A stretch of DNA of 64,000 bases from Polyangiaceae bacterium (GTDB lineage Bacteria; Myxococcota_A; Polyangia; Polyangiales; Polyangiaceae): NCBI GenBank assembly GCA_044376115.1, contig JBILLK010000040.1, positions 1 to 64,000 on the forward strand, given 5' to 3'. The notes under the pieces were generated by a model, which searched no databases, was not told where the DNA came from, and saw only the letters and a list, made by a program, of their open reading frames with translations. Numbering within the stretch: the stretch's first letter is position 1; each line of letters opens with the position of its first letter. This document shows, in pieces, positions 56,973 to 64,000 of the stretch. The translations under genes were made by a program, and so were the position numbers.

Positions 56973-58393
56973 CTCCCGCCTCCCAGCTCTTCTTGCAGCG
57001 CCTGCATCTCCTCGAGCGCAATCTGCAACTGCGCGACAATCTCCGCAGCAATCACATCGGGCTCGGGAAGATCGGCGTGGTCGGTGACGCTGTCGTCTTT
57101 GAGCCAGGAGATGTCGAGGTTGTCGCCGCGCTTGGCAATCTCTTCGCGCGTGAACTTGCGGAAGCGGCCGGTTTCGCCTTGGTCCTTGCGCTTGCTCTTG
57201 CCGAGCGAGTCGGTGCCGTAGGCCTTCTCGAAGTCGGTGAAGTGAGCGCGGGTGAACGGCGTGCGCTTGCCGAAGTTCGGCATGTTGGTGCGCATGTCGA
57301 AGAACCAGACGGCCTTGGTGTTCGCCTTGTCCTTCTCGCCGCGGGTGAAGAAGAGGACGTTGGTCTTGACGCCTTGCGCGTAGAAGATGCCGGTGGGCAG
57401 GCGGAGAATCGTGTGGAGGTCGCACTTGTCCATGAGGTCGGCGCGAACCTTCTGGCCGACGCCTTCTTCGAACAGCACGTTGTCGGGGAGGACGACCGCC
57501 GCGCGCCCGCCGGGGTTGAGCCCTCGGTAGATGTGCTGGAGGAAGACGAGCTGCTTGTTGCTCGTGGGATAGGTGATGTCGTCGCGCGTCGGTCCGCCGC
57601 CGCCTTTCTTGGTGCCGAAGGGCGGGTTCGAGAGAATGACGTCGGCCTTGGGGAGCTGCGAGCCGGTCGGGCCGAGCGTGTCGCCGAGAACGATCTCCCC
57701 CTCGATGTCGTGGAGCATCGCGTTCATGAGCGCGAGACGCTGCACATCGGGCACGAGCTCGACGCCGTAGAAGGCTTCACGGCGCTGGAAGTTCTGCTTC
57801 GCGACGGAGAGGTCGTGGTACTCGTCCGTGAGCGATTTCACATAGCGGTCGGCGTTGATCAGAAAGCCGCCGGTGCCGATGGCGGGGTCTTGCACGCGCT
57901 CGCCCGCTTGCGGCTTGATCAGCGCGACCATCGACTCGATGAGTGGGCGCGGTGTGAAGTATTGGCCCGCGCCGCTCTTGGTCTCTTCGGCGTTCTTTTC
58001 GAGCAAGCCTTCGTACAAATCGCCGAGACCTTCGGACTTGGCGCTGTACCAGTCCAGCCCGTCGATGTCGGTCACGATCTGCTGGAGGTGCCGAGGCTGG
58101 CGAATCGAGGTTGAGGCGTTGGCGAAGATGGCCTGCACCCGCCCCGAGCCTTTGCCGCCGAGATCGATCAGGAGCTTCTTGTAGAACTCCAGCAGCTCGA
58201 CGCCTTCCTTCTTCGTCACGTCGTTCCAGCGATAGCCCTTCGGGATCTGCTCCTCAGCGCCCGTCTCCTTCATCATTTTGAGGAACAGCAGGTACGTCAG
58301 CTCGGTCACGTACTCGTGGTAGGTGATGCCGTCGTCGCGCAGGATGTTGCACAGGCTCCAGAGCTTCTGGACGATGTCTTGGGTATTGGGCAT
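56969..58393 (-). CDS. hsdM: Type I R-M N6-adenine methyltransferase
   Basis: IVQKLWSLCNILRDDG, GQYFTPR, DPAIGTGG, NPPF. Confidence 0.97.
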   Translation of the reverse strand: MPNTQDIVQKLWSLCNILRDDGITYHEYVTELTYLLFLKMMKETGAEEQIPKGYRWNDVTKKEGVELLEFYKKLLIDLGGKGSGRVQAIFANASTSIRQPRHLQQIVTDIDGLDWYSAKSEGLGDLYEGLLEKNAEETKSGAGQYFTPRPLIESMVALIKPQAGERVQDPAIGTGGFLINADRYVKSLTDEYHDLSVAKQNFQRREAFYGVELVPDVQRLALMNAMLHDIEGEIVLGDTLGPTGSQLPKADVILSNPPFGTKKGGGGPTRDDITYPTSNKQLVFLQHIYRGLNPGGRAAVVLPDNVLFEEGVGQKVRADLMDKCDLHTILRLPTGIFYAQGVKTNVLFFTRGEKDKANTKAVWFFDMRTNMPNFGKRTPFTRAHFTDFEKAYGTDSLGKSKRKDQGETGRFRKFTREEIAKRGDNLDISWLKDDSVTDHADLPEPDVIAAEIVAQLQIALEEMQALQEELGGGS

Positions 58394-58413
58394 TAGGGTC
58401 CGAGCGTGGTCGC

Positions 58414-60918
58414 CTATGTTTTTTGCTTGAGAGTGAGCTTGGCGACTTGAGGGGAGATCGCTTTGTGAAGCGCCACGGCTGACTTCGTGAGCCACTCTTT
58501 GGCGCCCGGCCACTCCGCGCGGTCCATGAAATTTACCGGCCAAGTCGCTTTGATGACCTTGACGCGTTTCTCGGGGTGGGGGTTCCACTGAAATTGGAGA
58601 CCCACCTCGCGCTCAAGGGTCTCGCGCTGCGCTTCAAGGAGGCCAAGAGCGTGAGGATGTCTGCCGGAGTCGATCGAAACGTTGATGCCGACGTGGCGGT
58701 CCAAAGTGTTGACCGAGGCCGACAACCAGATTCCGGTTCGTCCCAGCGGAAGGTCGAACCAGCTCTGGGGCCGCGGATTGGCCACCGAGGTGAACTCCTT
58801 CGATGCAAGTAGGGCTTCTCGCACGAGCGGCCAGAACTCCAATTGGAGCTGCTTCACGTGCGACGGAGCGTCAGCTGGCCGGTCCTCGCCGTTCGCCGCG
58901 CTGTAGGTTACTTCCCACTCGTCATGCCCAATCCCCGCCAGCTGAGCGGCCTGTAGGCAGAATCGATATACAGCTTCCGCCGAGAGATTCGTTTCAACGT
59001 AGGCGCCGTTGGTGAGCTTCTTCAGGCGGCTGGAGCGACGAAAGGCAGTCGCGTCCCGATTTACGAGTTTCGGAAGCTCGTCAGCGACCCGTTCAAACTC
59101 GTCCTCTCCAATTTGCGCGATTCCTTCCATGACGGCGACCGCAACGTCAGCCCACGACTCAACGGTGACCTCGTCCGACCGAACTCGCACCAGCGTCGGA
59201 ACCGTTCCGGTGACGCAGGTCCCATCGTTCCCCGACGCTGGGGCGTTGCTGTGCTCGGGGCCGAAGTAGGGCCAGATGGTAAGCGCCAAGTCTGTTAGTA
59301 CCTCAGCGCGCCTATCGATCTCCTCACGCGTCCAACGATCGAGATTGTTGAAGTAGCGATTCATCTCGACGTGGCTGTCTGCGAAGAGCTTCTTTTTCTG
59401 GGCGAAAGCCTCGTTGCTCAACTCCGTGTTGTAGTTGGTGAGCGTCAGATTGCCCAGCGTGTGGAGGTATTGCTCCTGGTCCTCTTCCCAGGTCTCTCCC
59501 AGCTCCGCCTTCCATGCGTTCGTCAAAGTCTGAGGCATCACATGCTCAATGGTAAGAGTCGTGCCCGGAACAATTTCCTTGTGGCCCTGACCGACCTCAA
59601 GCCGCTCCAGAATGAGTTTGGTCTTCTTGAGGCGGTCGCCCCCTCCGTACAGACGCGCGGTACCAAGCCGCTCGCGAAACTCTTCGTCCCGTGGGTAGTT
59701 CCTCGTGTTCGACGAAAGCGTCTTCTTTAGCCGACCGAGAAAGTCGTCGCCCTTGCTTGCCTGCTCGTAGAGCGCAGCGAAGGTCTTGTTGAGCCCATAG
59801 GTGGGAACTCCGCATACGAACCGTCGAATGACGAGGTTCTCCACGACGTCCAGGATCGCGCATACGTCGTCTTCACTTCGCGATCCCGTAGAGAAGTCTG
59901 CGTACACCGCGAGAAGAAATGGGTACGTGACAGTTATTTCGAGCCGGTGGATGCGCAGCAAACCTTCCCTAATTCTCGCGTTCGTCGCCTGCTCTGGGTT
60001 GAGTAGAATCGCGTAGTACTCCGAAAAGAGAGCGAGCTCCTTCAGGTGTTCCATGGGTGACCGCGCTGCGTCGGTGTCCACCCGAGTCTTGAGGGCGGCA
60101 TACACGTCCGTCTCGCGGACAACGCTTCCGAGCCTAGTGAGGTAATGACGAACGAAATCGGTTAGCGCGTCCTCCCCAAGACGCCGCTGCATTGGCCGCC
60201 AGTAGTCGACGTGGACGCGCTCATGCTCCTTCTCGTGGAGGCGCATGAAGAAAAAGTTGCGAATGAGGTCCGCTTGCGAGAGAGGTCGGCCTGTACCGTT
60301 CAGACTCTCAAAGATGCGGTGAGGATTGTCCTTCTCGTCAAGGATGATGCTGACCAAGGTGAGCTTGGTGCTGATGATACGAACGAGAGCCTCGAGGTCA
60401 GGCGCGTCCGCGCGACGGAGTTTTGAGGCAAAGAACTTGTACGCCGCTCCAATACCGCTCGTCGTCTTCGGTTCGTCACCGTTTACGAGTCGAATGAACG
60501 CTTCGCGGTCGCTGTCGGCTGGGTCTTCTGCTTGGGTTGGCAGAAGCTTGTAGTGTTCGTGCCCTTCCTCGTGACGGTTCGTGATGAGGTCCTGAATCCG
60601 CTCGGCCACTTTCGCGAAGCTAGTCTCTCTTGCTCGATCTCGAGCCAGTGCCAACAACACAATGAGCGTCGTGAGGCGTTGCTGCCCATCAATGAGTAGT
60701 CGCTTCTCGACGCCCTCGGGAACTGAGCGGGCGGGAGACGTGACGATGGAACCGAGAAAGTGGGGCTTCGGGTCGTCGTCCTCGAGCAGTTCAATGATGT
60801 CTGACCAGAGCGCCTTCCACTGCTGCTCTTTCCAAGAGTAGGGCCGCTGGTAGTGGGGCACGAGGAACTGCTTACTGCCCTCGAGCACTCTCTGCACCTT
60901 TGCTTCAGCCGCTTCCAT
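58414..60918 (-). CDS. GmrSD-like type IV restriction protein (DUF262 + DUF1524 HNH + DUF4268-like C-terminus)
   Basis: YQRPYSW, DGQQR, FESLNGTG, EHVMPQ...GNLTL...LSN, QLEFW...PRPQSW. Confidence 0.9.
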   Translation of the reverse strand: MEAAEAKVQRVLEGSKQFLVPHYQRPYSWKEQQWKALWSDIIELLEDDDPKPHFLGSIVTSPARSVPEGVEKRLLIDGQQRLTTLIVLLALARDRARETSFAKVAERIQDLITNRHEEGHEHYKLLPTQAEDPADSDREAFIRLVNGDEPKTTSGIGAAYKFFASKLRRADAPDLEALVRIISTKLTLVSIILDEKDNPHRIFESLNGTGRPLSQADLIRNFFFMRLHEKEHERVHVDYWRPMQRRLGEDALTDFVRHYLTRLGSVVRETDVYAALKTRVDTDAARSPMEHLKELALFSEYYAILLNPEQATNARIREGLLRIHRLEITVTYPFLLAVYADFSTGSRSEDDVCAILDVVENLVIRRFVCGVPTYGLNKTFAALYEQASKGDDFLGRLKKTLSSNTRNYPRDEEFRERLGTARLYGGGDRLKKTKLILERLEVGQGHKEIVPGTTLTIEHVMPQTLTNAWKAELGETWEEDQEQYLHTLGNLTLTNYNTELSNEAFAQKKKLFADSHVEMNRYFNNLDRWTREEIDRRAEVLTDLALTIWPYFGPEHSNAPASGNDGTCVTGTVPTLVRVRSDEVTVESWADVAVAVMEGIAQIGEDEFERVADELPKLVNRDATAFRRSSRLKKLTNGAYVETNLSAEAVYRFCLQAAQLAGIGHDEWEVTYSAANGEDRPADAPSHVKQLQLEFWPLVREALLASKEFTSVANPRPQSWFDLPLGRTGIWLSASVNTLDRHVGINVSIDSGRHPHALGLLEAQRETLEREVGLQFQWNPHPEKRVKVIKATWPVNFMDRAEWPGAKEWLTKSAVALHKAISPQVAKLTLKQKT

Positions 60919-60990
60919 CGCGCCTCCGTTCTTCGATCCTCTCGCACTCTACCGCGCTCGCGACAATTGGGTCCGGTCTTGTCGTGCCGT

Positions 60991-63900
60991 TCATCCAGCG
61001 TCCTTCCAAACTTCATCCGCGAGCTCGCCGAGCAACGTCTCGAGTTGGCCGTCGAAGACTTTGTTGAGGCGAGCGAAGCCGCCGTCGGTCTTGAACTGGC
61101 CGGCGTCGAGCGAGGCGCGGTCGACGACGGTCTCGAGCTTCACTTGTTTGGCGATGCGGTTGAGCCATTTCACCTGCGGGTCGGTGAAGTTGTGGGCCTT
61201 ACGCAAGCGCTGGAGCGCGCGGTCCACGCGTTCGCCGTAGGGCATGAGCGGTGAGCCGAGTGAGAGCTGGCGGATGTAGCCGACGATGGTGGCGGCGATG
61301 TCCTCGTTCTTCTGGTCGCGCCAAGCCGTTTGCAGCGACTTCTCGCTGAAGCCCTCTTGGTCGAGCATGAGCTTCAGTTGCCGGAGATCTTCACGGGTGA
61401 GGTCGCGGGGACGCTGGGTGACGACGAGCAGCGCGGGCAGCTTGTTGAGGTTGTTCGCCACGAAGGCGCGGAAAGCCTCGAGGTAGTCGCCCGGCGGCCG
61501 GCTGCCGTGTTTGCCGTAGCCGCGCGTGACTTCACGCAGCTCGTCGAGCTTCTCGGACACGATCATCTTGTATGCGCCGGTGCCCGCCGTTCGGTCGAGG
61601 AAGGTAGCGAGCGCGGGATGCTGCTTCAGGTAGTCGGCGGCGTCGCCGACGCTGCTCTCCTTCAAGAAGTGCGCGAGCTCCTTCAGGCCCATGCCCGCCG
61701 CCGTCTGGAACCGCTCCTCGTTCTCGCCTTTGAGCGAGCGCTTCTTCCGCTGCAGCTTGGCGAGAAATTCTTCGAGCGACGTTCGGCGGAACTCCTCTTC
61801 CCTGCCCTCAACCACCTCCTTCACCAGCTGCTCGAAGGTGACGAACGGATTGACGACGACCGGCTTCATATCGGTCACGTCTTTGAGGGCCGAGTAAAGG
61901 TCCACCGCGTCGAAGATGCGGAAGCGTTCTTTGCCGATCTCGGTGCAGAGGCGCGTTGCACGGCCAATCATCTGCTCGTACAGAATGCGGCTGCCCACGC
62001 GCCGCAAGAAGACGAGGTTCGCGATCTTGGGCACGTCGATGCCGGTGGTGAGCAGGTCGACGGTGACCGCGATGTTCGGGTGGCGCTCGTTGCGATAGCG
62101 GCGGATCGCTTCGAGCGGTCGATCGGTTGCGCCCGTGATCTTGGCGACGGCGTCGTCGTCGACCGAGCCGTACTTCGTGTGGAGCGCCTCCTTGAGCAGG
62201 AGCACCACCATGTCGGCGTGCTCGTCGGTTGCGCAGAAGACGAGCGTCTTCTCGTCTTGCTCGGGGTCGATGTTCTTGACGAACTCGCGGAGTACGACGC
62301 GGTTGAAGTCTTCGGTGATGATTCGCCGGTTGAAGGCTTCGACCTCGAATTGAATCTCGTCAGCCAGCTCCTCCTTCTTCAAGGTCTGCGTGGAGCGGTC
62401 GAGCATCAGCACTTCTTCGTGGGCCTCGTAGTGGATGCCGTCCTGGCTGTGCTTCGTCACGATGCGAATGGGCGGCTCGTGGTCGACGAGGAACCCGTCG
62501 ACGACGGCCTCGCGGTACGAGTAAGAAAACACAGGGCTGCCGAAGATCTCCTTCGTGTGCAGCGCGGGCGTCGCCGTGAGGCCAATCTTCGCCGCGTCGA
62601 AGTGGTCGAGCACGCGGCGGTACTTGGAGATGTAGTCGTCCTCGTCGCGGAACAGGAACTCGCGATCGGAGAGCTCGCGGTCGAGGAGATAGCCGCGGTG
62701 GCATTCGTCGACGACGATGCAGTCGTACTGATCGACCGGCGGGATGTTGGCTTCGGCCCCTTCGCCGAATGGTCCGAGCACACGCTTCACCATTGCTTGG
62801 ATGGTCGCAATCTGAAGCTTGGTTTCGCGGTCGGGTTTGAGGTCGGCCAGCTCTTTGACGTCGAAAATGTCGGTGAAGGTCTGCAGGTTCTCGAGCCGCA
62901 GATCCTTGAGCGCGTCGGCGGTCTGCTTGCCAAGCGCGTTGCGATCCACGAGGAAGAGCACGCGCCGGAAGCGCTTCGTCTTGAGCAGGCGGTAGCAAAG
63001 GCCGATGCAGGTGCGCGTCTTGCCAGTGCCGGTGGCCATCGCGACGAGCAGCTCGCGCTTGCCCTGCTCGAGTCCGTTCTCGACGGCCAGAATGGCGCTC
63101 CTTTGGTACTCCCGATCGATGTAAGGCATCGGCTCGACCTTGAGCTTCGCGTGCGCCTCATCGACGTCCTGCTTCAAGAGATCGACAAGGCCCTCGGGCG
63201 TGTACCAACCTTCGAGCGGCACGGGATGGTTCTCGCTTCGGCGCGCATCGAGAAACCAGATGCCGCTCTTCGTTCGCAGCTGACGCAAGAACGGCCGGCC
63301 GTTGGTCGCGAAGAGGAAGGGGACCTTGTGCGCGCGCCCGGCCTTGTCCGGCCAAGGGCTCCCCTCGGGCAGAACCTCGTCGCCTTTCACGACGTAGCCG
63401 AGCGAGTAGCGCTTCGCCTGAGGAATGACGCCCATCACGTCCTTGTGCTTTCGCTTTGCTTCGACGACGGCGACAACCTGGAGTCCGGCGAAGAGGACGT
63501 AGTCGGCCCAGCCTTCTTTCCCGTCGGTGAGCGTGGGCCACTCCGAGATGGCGAGGTTCTTTCCTTTGGTGGGGCGAACGCCGCGCTCGAACGTCAGCTG
63601 CTGCGAATCGACTTCCCAACCTGCATCGTGAAGTTGGTGGTCGATGAGCTTGCGCGTGGCGGCTTCATCGAGCTGGATGGCGTCGCTCGCCTCGGAGGCT
63701 TGCTCGATGGCGCTCGCGAGCTGCTTGGGTGGCAGCGCCTGGGCGGCGGCTTGGAGCGCCGCGAGTTCAGCGACGAGCTTCTTGTTCTGTTCGGCGAGCG
63801 CCGCTGTTCGTTGGACGTGCGCGGTCGCGGCCTTGCGGTAGGCCGCAAGTTGCTCGTTCGCCAGCTCCTCCCAGATCGCGGCGTCTTCCTTTGCTTTGGC

Positions 63901-64000
63901 TGCCAGCTCTTTCGCCGTCAGCTTTTCTGCGGCCTCGGCTTCCGCCGCCTTCTTCGTTTCTTCGATGGCGCGTTGAGCCGCTTCGAGCTCTTTGCGGCGC
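60991..64000 (-). CDS. hsdR: Type I R-M restriction subunit (EcoKI-like); 5' end lies beyond the window
   Basis: Frame open to the window edge; ADYVL...EAK, MATGTGKT, DECHRGY, TATP, QMIGRATR. Confidence 0.97.
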   Translation of the reverse strand, partial: RRKELEAAQRAIEETKKAAEAEAAEKLTAKELAAKAKEDAAIWEELANEQLAAYRKAATAHVQRTAALAEQNKKLVAELAALQAAAQALPPKQLASAIEQASEASDAIQLDEAATRKLIDHQLHDAGWEVDSQQLTFERGVRPTKGKNLAISEWPTLTDGKEGWADYVLFAGLQVVAVVEAKRKHKDVMGVIPQAKRYSLGYVVKGDEVLPEGSPWPDKAGRAHKVPFLFATNGRPFLRQLRTKSGIWFLDARRSENHPVPLEGWYTPEGLVDLLKQDVDEAHAKLKVEPMPYIDREYQRSAILAVENGLEQGKRELLVAMATGTGKTRTCIGLCYRLLKTKRFRRVLFLVDRNALGKQTADALKDLRLENLQTFTDIFDVKELADLKPDRETKLQIATIQAMVKRVLGPFGEGAEANIPPVDQYDCIVVDECHRGYLLDRELSDREFLFRDEDDYISKYRRVLDHFDAAKIGLTATPALHTKEIFGSPVFSYSYREAVVDGFLVDHEPPIRIVTKHSQDGIHYEAHEEVLMLDRSTQTLKKEELADEIQFEVEAFNRRIITEDFNRVVLREFVKNIDPEQDEKTLVFCATDEHADMVVLLLKEALHTKYGSVDDDAVAKITGATDRPLEAIRRYRNERHPNIAVTVDLLTTGIDVPKIANLVFLRRVGSRILYEQMIGRATRLCTEIGKERFRIFDAVDLYSALKDVTDMKPVVVNPFVTFEQLVKEVVEGREEEFRRTSLEEFLAKLQRKKRSLKGENEERFQTAAGMGLKELAHFLKESSVGDAADYLKQHPALATFLDRTAGTGAYKMIVSEKLDELREVTRGYGKHGSRPPGDYLEAFRAFVANNLNKLPALLVVTQRPRDLTREDLRQLKLMLDQEGFSEKSLQTAWRDQKNEDIAATIVGYIRQLSLGSPLMPYGERVDRALQRLRKAHNFTDPQVKWLNRIAKQVKLETVVDRASLDAGQFKTDGGFARLNKVFDGQLETLLGELADEVWKDAG

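Noticed and set aside
56973..57425. N-terminal extension of HsdS
   Set aside because: Off-frame overlap with hsdM; HsdS homology begins at TTG 56972
1..64000. tRNA, rRNA, transposase or prophage genes
   Set aside because: None recognised by eye; tRNAscan and IS searches were not run

Overview
High-GC bacterial DNA. Ser/Thr kinases, an AgmX/PglI-type protein and Cys-rich lipoproteins suggest a myxobacterium (Polyangiaceae-like), which is an inference. 1-11.6 kb: small metabolic and regulatory genes (sterol desaturase, MBL hydrolase with HxlR, two TetR regulators with palindromic operators, SRPBCC, saccharopine-dehydrogenase-like, JAB/MPN protein). 11.7-20.8 kb: T6SS spike cluster with three vgrG genes, an ABC/AAA ATPase with a degenerate Walker B, two DcrB/DUF1795-like adaptors and a prePAAR-TMD-PAAR protein; no core T6SS genes are in the window. 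21-33.9 kb: TetR/GNAT, LRR, SDR, two Ser/Thr kinases, duplicated lipoproteins and a sigma-70 module. 33.8-64 kb: accessory/defence island. It holds two oppositely oriented clusters of integron attC-like sites with no integrase in the window (CALIN-like), carrying immunity-like, PIN and Shedu-like cassettes. It also holds a PP2C gene whose catalytic VGDS segment is inverted in frame, a helically phased 41/42-bp repeat array upstream of a hypothetical + HerA-like ATPase + truncated EEP nuclease operon, an anti-phage dCTP deaminase coupled to a DUF488-like gene, a sigma / small protein / ImmA-IrrE trio, and a type I R-M locus (hsdR partial, hsdM, hsdS) with a GmrSD-like gene inside it. All family calls come from motif recognition by eye; no database searches were run.
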